From positions 1 to 64,000 of the forward strand of contig NW_021835998.1 of assembly GCF_006345805.1 (NCBI RefSeq): a stretch of 64,000 bases of DNA, given 5' to 3'. The notes under the pieces were generated by a model. That model searched no databases. It saw only the letters and a program-made list of their open reading frames with translations, and had not been told where the DNA came from. The DNA is from Octopus sinensis (Eukaryota). Numbering within the stretch: the stretch's first letter is position 1; each line of letters begins with the position of its first letter. Below, piece after piece: positions 26,961 to 39,628 of this stretch. The translations under genes and the position numbers were made by a program.

Positions 26961-27197
26961 TCAGATGTAAAGGGGTTGATCTGCTTTACAGATGGCATAC
27001 TTACTGTAGACATCAACGACGGTAAATATCCATTTGTAGCCATCATTTGAATCATTAAATTTTTTAATGTTTATAAGGTCAGGTTGAAATCGTTTATTTG
27101 GTCTTTTAAAAATCACATGGAATCTAGATCGGAAACCTGCATTAATTCTATACTTTAAGTGGAATAGAAAACTTACAAATTGAGCATTTGTTGACAA
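26961..27197 (-). mobile_element. Polinton/Maverick-type rve integrase fragment
   Basis: FQPDLINIKKFNDSNDGYKWIFTVVDVYSKYA matches the Polinton integrase pattern QADLxDM...NxGYKYILTVIDVFSKYA. Confidence 0.6.
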
Positions 27198-27519
27198 TTA
27201 GTTCTATAATTTTCCGCTTTATTGTAAAATAAGAGTGTAAAAATTCCCGTTGCAGTTGACAAATTCCAGGAAGGCTATTTCGATGAATAAAATTTTCCAT
27301 AGTTTGCATTTCACTCTCATTATCCATGCAAGTAACTAGTTTGTGATTTTGAAATCTTTTGCTTTTAAGGTATAAACTTTCGTCTCGAGTCCGCTCAATG
27401 TATCAATAAAATATAAAGACAATATTCGTTCCAATATTTCCCAGGGCCATCAGTTTAATTTGAAATGGATTGAATATCTTAAAACATTTAGTTTTTCATT
27501 ATACTAACTTTCGTAGACA

Positions 27520-28280
27520 AAAAAATATTCACCACACGAAAAGAGTTAGAGACGAGAAATATTTCGAAGCAATCATGAACTAATTGATCAAAACAACTTG
27601 AAGTACGAAAGAAGAGAGACTTCATATACTCCAGGGATCAATCAATTTGTGGACATGGTATCTCATCACTTCTCTAACTAATCAGGAATTTGGAGAAATA
27701 CATAAAGGATCTCATTTTGACCTCAAATTACTCAAATTTCAAGAATTTAGTTTCAAACCCAAATTTGGAGATAATTATGACGTTCCAGTCAACTTTAGTT
27801 GGGTGAATCGTAATGTTGTCACTCGTGTTAAAGATGAAGGAAAATGTGGATCCTGTTATATATTTGGAGCTGTATTAGACACTAATCAATTCGTAGTTGG
27901 GAAGTTTTGAAGGCAAATTCGCTATTAAATACGGCAAGCTTGTTAGCTTCAGCGAGCAAAATGTACTGATTGGAACGGACGAATGTCGTGGGGCACCGAG
28001 GTGAGTGTATTTAAATACATAATGAAAAATGGTAGCATCGACACCGAAGAAATGTACTTTTACGGAGCCAGGGTGTACTATCTCATATCAATCTTTAGAG
28101 TTGGTTCTGCAGATATAGAAAAAATGTTGTAAAAATGATTGGATTTAAAACATTCACATCAGAATTTGAGTTATTGAAAGCACTGATCAACATTGGGCTG
28201 ATCACTGTAGTTATCTGTAGCTCAGATTTATCATTTCAATTATATCAAAAAGGTAATCTTAAATGTTCTAAATTAAGGAG
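27520..28280 (+). pseudogene. Cathepsin L-like cysteine protease pseudogene
   Basis: Propeptide IFRSNHELID and GINQFVDM, VKDEGKCGSCYIF, GKLVSFSEQN, FKYIMKNGSIDTE; frameshift near 27965; the His/Asn half is replaced by a CRE element. Confidence 0.75.
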
Positions 28281-28379
28281 TTACCCACTTTAAAATTGGT
28301 CTGGTCATTAATTCCAGCAAGTCTGAGTTTTTCAATCTTTTTGTTGAGCCATTTATGTTTAAGAACTCTCTTTTCTGCG

Positions 28380-29660
28380 GATTCCTTCCTTAGTTGAGAC
28401 AGACACCTCTGTCTGATCTGGAAATTCTGGGGTCACCGATTCTCGCCGACTCAGCTACACGAATCATCCTCGCCAAAAAATCTTATCGCATCTATTTGTG
28501 AAAAACTTTCTGTCATTGATCCTCATCCTTCATTCTACATCTCCAAGAACTATCTTTTGATCCTAAAAATCATTTATATACTGAGGAGCTCTTCTTGTTT
28601 TTATGTCACGCAGGTGCTGGAATCTTATGATACCTTGATTCTGAGTTCTGCTGAGAAAATTCTTAATGTGCATTTCGATGATATTGGCTGGTGTCAGGCT
28701 AAACTTCCTGTGAGTCACGGAAGTCTGGGCCTCCGTTCCAGTCTGGATTTGACTCTTCCTGCCTTTCTTTCTTCGACGTCTGGATTATATCTCCTTGTCC
28801 AAAAGATTCTGGAAAAAACTACTGAATCATCGTTGGACTCTGATATTGATTTGGCCCTTGCACTTTGGAAACAAAATTTCTCTAAACTCCTTTCCGATGT
28901 CATTTCTCAGCAGGATTTGGACAAAATTCTTTGCCGTCGATCTTCAGCTGACTTGAACCGCTACTCTAACAAAACAGACTGGCCTCTTTCCGTTCCTCCT
29001 GTCAGCAATACTCAGGCTCCTGGCTTAATGTACTTTTTCGTTTTGGATACTGTTCTCGATAGGGATTCACTCCGTTTGGGTATTTGTAATCGCCTTGGAC
29101 TCCCTGTCTGCAGACCTCACCTCTGTCGTTGTGGGGCTAAAGTTAACGCCCTTGGGGTACATCCTCTGTCTCCGAATGAGTGCCGGCCGATTTCCTCGGC
29201 ACACTGAAATTAAAAATCTAATTCACAAAACTTTGGAAAGAGCTGGTTTCCCTTCAGCTCTGGAACCGACGACCTTGAAGATGCAAAACGTCCCGACGGC
29301 TGTACAGTTTTCGCTTTTGAATCCGGGAAGCAGCTTGTTTGGGACGTCACTTGTGCCGACTCTTTCGCCTAGGGAGCCTTGAATTCCATGCCTTGTCGAC
29401 CCGGTACGTCGGCTTAGAAGGCCGAATCCACGAAACTGATGAAATACGAGGATTTACGCGATCGATTTTGCCTTTGGGCAATTGCCGTTGAGACTTCCTG
29501 TGTTTTTGGGGCCAAGAAGCTTGCTCATCTGAAGAAACTTGGGCGTCTGTGCACGCACCCATCGCTCCAGAGATCCCAGGGAATTTATATTCCTTATTCA
29601 GAGGATCTCGCTGGCTGTTTTACTGGGGAATTGTCTCTCGATTCTGCGAGGTGGTAGTTA
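28380..29660 (+). mobile_element. CRE-clade fragment, decayed
   Basis: DLEILGSPI, GWCQAKLPV, AGRFPRH, AVETSCVFG; close relative of 49.1-50.6 kb. Confidence 0.85.
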
Positions 29661-29685
29661 ATACAGTAAACTATTGTATTGCACA

Positions 29686-30760
29686 ATGTCTGATATAACA
29701 CAAGCAAAACAATCATACGAACTATCTATTATGTCTTTCAATGTAAGAGGCCTTAAATCGACTTGGAAACAACATGCACTATGTGAGGACATGAAGAAAT
29801 ACAGGATCTCGGTTGGATGTCTACAAGAAACCAAAGTGAAGCTCGGGGATGAGCAAGTCTATGGGGACTATCGCCTTATTCTGCTGCCCTCTGAATGCGG
29901 ACACTATGGCCAAGGCTTTGTGACACACAAACACTTATCTACTTGTATTCATCGCTGCTGGAGAATCACCGATCGAATATCTGACTACAAATAAATACCC
30001 GACACAAATCCGGAATGCTTTCCATCATTAATGTTTATGCTCCTCAAAGCGGCAGGATCGCCAAGAATCTCGACGAACTAGACTCCTTTTACGAGGAGCT
30101 AGCTAGGACACTCACAAGTCTGGAGGATTCGTCCATTCTATTCATCGCGGGGGATTGGAATGCCACAGTTGGCATCCGCTCTGGGGACGAGCAGTTTATT
30201 GGCAGATATGGCCGTGGGTACAGGAACCTTCCGGGCACTCTTCTGGCCCATTTCTGTGAGACCTTTTCACTATTTTTGTGTAACACGGCTTTCTGCCACG
30301 CTGCACGACATCGGACCACATGGACTGGAAGTAGAACAAATGGGGCTGGTGAACCTACATCAATCTACAACCAAATCGATTATATTCTTTGTCGACAGAC
30401 CGATAAGGCAAGAACACATGGGAATTCATTATGAATGGTATCCATACGGCTGCTGACGAGCACATCGGGAAGCAACCAAATAATAGTCAGTCCGGGAGAT
30501 GCTGCCACCCAGATGTTCGGGCGAAAATCGTTGAGCAAAAGGACCTAAAGCTCAGAATCGAAAACAAGAACGATCATAATGACAAACAGGCACTGAAGAG
30601 GAAACGTGCCAGAATACAACGACTCATTAAGAAACTAAACCGTCAGCACACTCGCGACACTCTGGAAACCCTTCTAAACGAAATCGAAGGGCTCAAGAAC
30701 GGCGCACAAATGTTTCAGGCCATGCGTCTTCTCAAAAGAAGAAAAAACTCTCTCTAATTT
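29686..30760 (+). mobile_element. RTE-like LINE 5' part (APE endonuclease and linker)
   Basis: MSFNVRGL, CLQETK, NVYAPQ, AGDWNA, NQIDYIL. Confidence 0.8.
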
Positions 30761-30899
30761 GCCATTTTTGGTTCCTGGCAAATTTCAGAATAAAATTTTT
30801 ATTTAATTTTCTAATTAATTTAAAAGGAAATATTATTATTAACCAAGGAATTTAAAAAAATTAAATTTTATTAAAGTAATTTTCAATTCCCAATCGCCT

Positions 30900-31700
30900 T
30901 TTCATAGAATTTTTAATATTTTCTTTATATCATCTTATTGAAGTAATGAATTCCGCATCATTGTCATTTTCAATGTTTTCTAGAAGGCTGTTTTCAATCT
31001 TTCTTAATTTGTATAGCATTTCAGCCTTGCTTAATGATTTATGTACTTCTACACAACCCGATTCTTCTTGTTCCTCAATAGAAATTAATTTCTCCTCATC
31101 ATCAATTGCCTCCTTTGTAATCAATTGAAATAAATTCTTCTATTTAAATTGGATCATAAATATCTTTTTTGCTTACAATGTCAGCTGGTATATTTATGTC
31201 AAAATTCTTAATCCAATTCGCAAAAATTGATGCTGTTATCCAAGCCCTTTTGGAATTGTAATAACAAACAAAGGAATTATAATCATAATTCTTGAAACAT
31301 CTGGGCAATTTTGGTTTCCCGATCAATAGTGTGTGTTCCTGACACATTGGCACACAACATGACTGAGACTCTATCTTTGAAATTTTTATATCCATCAAAC
31401 AAAAAATGTCATTAGAAAACAGAATTATAGAACACCGCCATAAAATAAGTAGAAAAAGGAATTCATCTTTGCATCAAACCAGCTTGTGAAATTGAAAAAG
31501 CACTGTAAAAAAATCAGGCAAAAAAAAGACAGAAAGAAAATTCAACGAAAACGGGGTGAATAAAATCAACAGAGATGGCCAAGTAACAAATAAAGTATTA
31601 AAGCCTAAATTAAAACATGTCCGGGCAAGTTTAGTTTGCAATCTCAAATTAATTTTAGTAAGTCGGCAAAAAATCTCCAAATTTTCATAAGAAACAAATT
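30900..31700 (-). mobile_element. Tigger/pogo transposase remnants
   Basis: LIGKPKLPRCFK...YYNSKRAWITASIFANWIKNFD (DDE_1 family) and an acidic C-terminal piece. Confidence 0.6.
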
Positions 31701-31756
31701 ATTTTATTGAACGAAAATGTTAGTATCCAAACAAAAAGACAATGAATAATTAAATT

Positions 31757-32934
<1,178 letters not shown>

Positions 32935-33419
32935 CAGCAAAATTAAAATTTTGATATTCTATTTAATGTTGGATTAAACAGTATAAATAAAAATTGTTTT
33001 AATTGAATATAATTCAATAATTTTATGTCGAAAATGCTTAAACACAGTAAAAAACCAATTTAAGAGACAGAAGCGAATAAATTTATATTTTTTGGAATGG
33101 CGAAAACAAATTTCACTTTTGATGCCAACTATGCATTTAAAAGTAAACAGTGAGTGAATACAGTCAGGATGCCTCCATCAACTTTCCCATATCTGACTCT
33201 ACAAATAACTGACATCGTTTTCAGAAACCTTCCCAAACTAGAATAGTCTGAGGATTCTCGGCTGCTTGTAGTCGATGGGAAGCCTCGTTTTGATTCGAGG
33301 CTGCTCTGATTTCTTATTTTTGCTTCTCTGACAATTCTAATTTCGGTCCCACTCTTTTTTTGCGTTTTGTAAATTACCCCTTTTATTATTAGAACTTTCA
33401 CGAGAGCCATAATGTTTAT

Positions 33420-35180
33420 AACCCCGCATGTGCAGCAGAAGATATTAGAGAACTAATTAGATTGCTCCAAGCTCTCCTGTTCTTAGCTAGGTTCCTCAGA
33501 GAGTCCAGATCTTCACCAGATGCCAATGTTTTTTACGGTTTTCAGATCGTTTTGTAAAACAATCAGGAGGCTAGTTCTTGGTTTTCCACGAAAGTGTCCT
33601 ACATTAGAGGAGGGGTAGTAATCCTCCAATGCGATGTTCGGGGGGATTTCGGGTCTAACCTCAGGACATGTCCAAAAAGTCTCCAACGAGAGCTAATGAT
33701 CTCGCGACTTATTGGCGTACATTCACACTTATTGTACAGTCCGCTTCGCGAGATCCTGGATGGCCAAAACATTCCAGTTATGTTTCTTAGATGATTCCTG
33801 TGAAACGAGTCGAGCTTCTCCAATTCCTCTTTTGTCGTGTCCCAGGTCCAGAGTTGTATAGAAGAAATGGTTTGATATATGTGTCGTATAGCCCTTGTTT
33901 GTGTTATTTCCCTTCTGTTTAACCATATGTTTTTTAGCCTGTGTAGTGCCGCGTTTGCCAAGGTTTTTCTCCGTATGATATTTTCATTGTCTTCTAATAT
34001 AGAATCAAGTTTCTTAGTGTTCCTCCATTTCTCTTTGAGTGGGTTATTTATTCGTCTTATTTCTGTCCATTCTATTTTTTTTCCATGCTCACTGTGAGAA
34101 ACCATTTCCCAAGTATATCTAGTTTTTTTGTCTTCAGAGATTAGGACGGCATAAATCACTTTTTCTATTTTTCCTTGGTATAATAGCCTCAGTTCCCTCA
34201 TAGCAGCCTTCAAGTATATTGTGAATAGTAGCGGAGACAGGGAGTCTCCCTGAGGAGTGCCTGTGTTTGTTTCAAATTTCCTTGAGTAGATTTTTCCAAC
34301 TTTCACAAGGAGCTCTCTGTTAGATAGAAGGATTTGAATCATTCTTAGACTCAATTCGTCGATAATCCCTTCAAGCACTGTCATCAGTTTGCTCTCGTTG
34401 ACCGAGTCAAAAGATTTTAATAGATCTAATTCCAGAATGTGGGTGGCATTGCGATATCTGTGATGTGTCACACATCTCCACTTGTGACTCCATACTGCAT
34501 CAGCTGTTGATCTTCCTCCTCTGAACCCACTTTGACTTTTGGGTAGGTATTCATAGGCTGGTCATTTTATTTGTTCCAATACAATGTTAGCTAAGACTTT
34601 CCGTAGAGAATTTGATAATATAATTGGTCTTAGGTTTTCAATCGGTATTTTGGGTTTATTCGGTTTTGGTATAGGTATTAGTAATCCCGTCCCCAAGGGG
34701 AAAGTTGAGTTAGTTGAAAACTGGTTTCTGTAGAAAGAATCGAGGTTCTTTAAATCTGAATCAGAAATGCCCCATGTTGAGATTACTTATAAATTCTAAA
34801 ACTTGTTATCGTTTTTCCGGTACGTATCCACCTCTTGTGTTCTCAATAATATTGTTTGTGATGTTGTTATGTTTCTTATGCTTGATATCATGTTTTGCCA
34901 TGCTGAAGGTGACAATAACCATTCTGTGATCGCTGACTGTTGAACCTTCATATGAGCGTGCGTTTATAAGAGAGCGTTTGTCATTAATTTTGTTTGCTGT
35001 GCAGAAATAACCAAGTATGGTCCTAGGCAGGTTTCTTTTTCTACGTCCGTGTGTTTCCATGAAGGTATCTTCTGAGTTCTTTTTTGTTCTGATTTTCGCA
35101 TTAAGATCGCCGGCAATGAATATAAGTGAACACGGCTCATATTCTTTATACGTTCTTGATAATGCTGAGTAGAATTCATC
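33420..35180 (-). mobile_element. RTE-like LINE (APE C-terminal end and RT), decayed
   Basis: NARSYEGSTVSDHRMV, DLLKSFDSV, GTPQGDSLSPLLF, RWRLFGHVLRL. Confidence 0.85.
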
Positions 35181-35189
35181 TATAGTTTG

Positions 35190-35420
35190 GTCAAAAATAT
35201 TTTTTTATTTTTGCGGGAAGGGTTTAAGGACCTCATCATTTAGGAAATTCTTGATATGCTAGTTTTTTGGGTAGAAGATTTTTGGAGGACCTTATCATTT
35301 CTGGCTTGTTCCCCATTATTGGCGAATTAAAAGGGGAAAGAATTTTGACAATTTACCTGTATTTTGCTAATTTGAAGTTGGTCCACACACAGACAAACAC
35401 ACACTATTTTATTATTAAGA
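35190..35420 (-). mobile_element. Non-autonomous Helitron-like element, partial copy
   Basis: Minus-strand A|TCTTAATAATAAAA terminus followed by a (TGTC)-like microsatellite; homologous to the 44.3-44.8 and 52.5-52.7 kb copies. Confidence 0.6.
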
Positions 35421-36089
35421 TTATGTTTTAAAGCGATTAAATTTAAAGGTGTGAAGTCTTTCTAGTGGCTCTACTACGTGCCAGGGCTTTGAGAATCAAG
35501 ATCAGATCCATTTTAGTCCCCTGCTGTAATATAGCAAACCACAAGTATTTTACTCAATTTTATTAAATACATCAAAATGACTAACCTTAGAGGCGAGGAG
35601 CATAATAAATTACTTCTAAAATAATAGCGCTCACATTCAAATCTAAAAATGCGTCTTTATTTTCACCAAAAAAACGCGAGATCCCCACGTGTGTGCAACC
35701 AATCGAGATAAATTTTTTCTGGACATTTGCCCCCATGGTAGGCAACTATATTAATTTGTTCGACCTCCTCTACACACTTTTTCCATTTCAAACTAAGAAA
35801 CCATGTAATGTGTAATTTAGATATAAAACCTACTATGAAAATGAGAAAATAAATAAATTAATAATTAATAACGTGGTTAAATATCACATTGAAAAGCTGA
35901 GGACCTTCCTGCGGGTTGTCTGGATCACCTAATTAATTTATTCAACTGTTTCCCTCGCTTGAATCGGGGACTCACGGGGATTATAATTAACTGGCTCACC
36001 CTGGTCTCTTGGTCATTAATAAATAAATAAATTAAACTGTTTGTGATTTCGGTTAAATAAAAAACGACCTTGAATAGAGTGCTATTAAC

Positions 36090-36660
36090 AGATTTTGAAA
36101 ACACTTATAAGAAAATTTGAACAAGTATTAACACAATTGACCACCAATTGACAGCGCATTTAGAATAATTTCCGTAGAAATATTAATTATTTATTAGTTT
36201 TTTTGTTCTTGCGGTGCACAACCCGAGAAAACTGGGTTTAATCCGTTCTTTCTCAAGTGTTAGAAAGAGCTTCCAGGATGCCCAGATATAGTAGCATATT
36301 CTGCTTCAGTGCTTCAATCGACGCTTTGGCTCAAATTTATTGTTGAAAGCACTGAAGAAGCTGGCCCTGAACGAGTTCTAAAAATGGTCCGATTTTTCTT
36401 TTAGTCAGAGTTCGCACTGACTTTTCTTATTGTGACTATTGAACATGGCGATTTATTTTGGCTCACGTACTAGGTCAGAAATTTTTTGAAGTGCCTGCGA
36501 AGACTCGATGGGCAAAACCTCCGAAGTTTGTATGAATGCCGTTGGTTTGGAACTCGACTACAATAAGTCGGTGAATAACACCCCTGTATGTGATGACCTA
36601 GTTGAAGTCTTGGAGGAGCACCAAGAGTATAAGTATCTTGGCGTAATTTTGAGTCTATCC
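36090..36660 (+). mobile_element. R4-like element: leader joined to an RT domain 6-7 fragment
   Basis: Leader homologous to 11050-11330; GLELDYNKSV...EYKYLGV. Confidence 0.65.
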
Positions 36661-37620
36661 TCATTAATCATATCCGAAACGAGAACGACCCCCGGAACTT
36701 ATTCCACTCGAACCAAGTCTTCACTCGTCTTTGGGGGCAAGATTATTTTTTCTGAGACTGGAGCCCAACAAGGGGATTCTTTTGGTCCACTTCTCTTTGC
36801 TTTGGCAATCGACGAAATTGTCCGCTCTAGCAGCGCGGAACTGAACCTTTGGTATCTTGATGATGCCACAATTGGAAAACCGTTTTGACAGCTTGTCACA
36901 AGTCGTGCCTATACTACGAAAACTTGGACTCGATATAAATATAAAAAAATCGGAGCTAATAAATATCACATACTCGGAGAGTGATTTTACCAACTTGGTC
37001 AAGTCTTTCAGCTCGGTATTACCCGTGACTACTGTCTTCCTTCGGGAGAGGGCATACTTTTTTGGGTACCCACTTGACGAAAAGGAATTGCGGTGCTATC
37101 TACTGGCAAAAAAGGAACTTTCTATAGTTACGGGGAAACTCTCCTTACTCAATGCTCATACTGCATTCTTCCTTTTGAAAAATACCATTGGCTTGCCTAA
37201 ACTCCAATACGCTCTCCGGTGTTCTCCCTGCTTTGAACATCCGGACATCCTACAATCACTGGATAGGATTTTGAGAAATTCAGCTGAATCGCTCCTGAAC
37301 ATCCACTTTGACGAACCTGATTGGAATCAATGCAAGCTTCGCACCAGATTCAAGGGTATCAGGAGGCGCTGGATTTCGCATTCCCAGCATATCTGTCATC
37401 TCTTTCAAGCTGCAGTCATCTCATCCAGGAAGTCCTAAGTCACACTACTGGACTTTCCTTGGAAACAGTATTTGACGAGGATTGCTTGCAGTGGAAGAAA
37501 GCTGATTCCAAAGGACTACATCCCTTGTCTTGCAAGAGGAATGCAGGTCGAGGCTCCCGCATTAAAATTGCGGTTCTTCGTAGCAACACGCATACAGTAC
37601 TTGCTGCCGGTCCATGACGT
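36660..37620 (+). mobile_element. CRE-clade RT fragment
   Basis: GAQQGDSFGPLLF, WYLDDATIG, HTAFFLLKN, GLHPLSCKRNAGR. Confidence 0.8.
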
Positions 37621-38164
37621 TGGATTAATAAAACTATTTTTTAGTAAAAAATAAAAGTATAACAATTCATTTATTCAAAAAATTGTCCCAACAAAGACTC
37701 GATTTCTGAACCTTCGTGTAACAAGCACGAAGCTCTGATCAACTGACGTATTGGGCATTTTTAAAATCTAGTCGAAAGAAGGGGGAGTAAAAATATTAAT
37801 TATTATTAAAATCTACAGGTTAAAACAATCATATAGAAAGGAATTAAAGATTAAATTGTCTTTTAATTAAATTTATTTTATTTTTTAAGTTTCGTTTTTA
37901 AATTATGAAGTTCAGAAAGCTAAGAGAAGATATCAATAAATTTGTTCGTTCTAATTTATTTAGATAGTTCAATCGTTTTTTATCTTATGAATCTGAGGCT
38001 TTGCCTTTTTAGTGAAAGAAATAAATACTTTTTTCTACAATAACGGTTTGAAACGTCCACATTATGAAATTGGTAAGAAAACAGACGATCAATTTGCAAT
38101 AGAATGCCTAAATATACAAAACGACATACGAATTTAAATTGTGATTTTTTAGTTTATTTTATTT

Positions 38165-39490
38165 AACCGCCAAGACCACGGTAAAAATCAAACAAAAGTC
38201 ACGTGATCCCGATGCACTCGACCAAGGACCTCATCTTCGCTCGGTGATCTTTCCCCGAGCCCACACAAGATTCCACCGAACGGCAGGCCGTTATTGCCGG
38301 GGCATTTGCTGACGGACCGAGGTTCAGCTTGATAAGATCTTCCAGAGAAGCTGGGCCGAGGCGTTCGTTATCGTGTGACCAACGATCGGTTAATCTGTGG
38401 GCCCTTTGTTGGGCCTCCTCGTTTCGCCTCCTGTTAGACCACGATAACCTGAACCCCATGATCCGCAGGCGTAGGCAATTGATGGTTCAAGTATTTCTGG
38501 TAGATATTCGCCAGTACCGGGTGTGACCCGTTTTTCCATAAGCCGAATAGAGTTCTGAGGATGTTCAATTTTTTTCGAATTTGCGAAGGAGGTTGTCTGC
38601 GTGCGGAAAGAAGCAGAGGTGTATGTCATGGCCTACCCCTAGCACCGTCTGACTCCTGTAGAAAGGTACGGACACATTGTTCAGCTTTAAGTTGACTGAA
38701 GTCCTTCCCAAACTTTTGTCGGAAGTAAAAAAGGGACGTAGCGGACTTCGCCGCGTTTACCACGAGCCGGTTGTCCGTTAGCCATAGGTTCAGCGGATCC
38801 AAGGAGCTTGGAGCCATTCAGAGGCCTTCTGGATGTCCCGGTCCCGTGAGGCTAATACGATGTCATTCGCGTATGAGAGGACAATGTCATTATTGTCGAG
38901 GGAGGGCGGAAGTACTTCTGGAAAAAGGTTGAAAAGGGCTGGGGATAAGGAGGGTCCCTGGGGTACTCCGTTGGGCAGGAGACGAGATGTGGACTTCAGA
39001 CCTCCAAAGCACACCCTTCCCTTCTTTACTTAGGAAGTTGGTGATCCATATTTTGTGTTTCAGAGGAAATTCAGATTGGAATATCTTCCTTGATAGAAGT
39101 TTCTTCGAGACAGAGTCGACAGCTTTGTGAATGTCAACGGAACAAAGCACGGTCTTTTGATGGCTCGGTTTGCTTAAAAAACCGATACAAATGAAATTTG
39201 ACAATGATTGTAAGTAAGAAGACGTGGACTTCTCCTTCTTGAACCCATGTTGAAAAGGTCTTTAAGGTAATAATTCTTCTATTCTTCCAACAACCATCCT
39301 TTCCAGGATTTTTGACATGAAGCATAACAGAGAAACCGGCCTGAAAGATGCCGGGACGCCTCTTGGTCTTCCAGGCTTCAGTATCGGCCTTATTAGAGCC
39401 TGTTTCCATAATGACGGAATCACATTGTGGTTGATTGAATAGTTAAAGATAGCCGTTAGAAATGTGACTCCTTCAACACCAAAATTTTTC
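38165..39490 (-). mobile_element. Jockey/I-like LINE, 5'-truncated and decayed
   Basis: PILKPG...SFRPVSLL, VDIHKAVDSV, PNGVPQG, SYANDIVL; shared family 3' end. Confidence 0.85.
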
Positions 39491-39628
39491 ATAGCTATTA
39501 ATATAATTTAAATTTTATTTAAGTTATTTCAATTACATCACAAAATACTTTAGAAACCCGGGTTTTCTTAATACTTGTTGTTGTCTAGTGGTACATCATT
39601 TGAATAAATTAATCTATTAAATTTAGAA

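Noticed and set aside
35890-36010. attcaa/ttgaat stem with a tccctcgc loop, possible pseudoknot or ribozyme
   Set aside because: No valid P3 pairing and not conserved upstream of the 11 kb family copy
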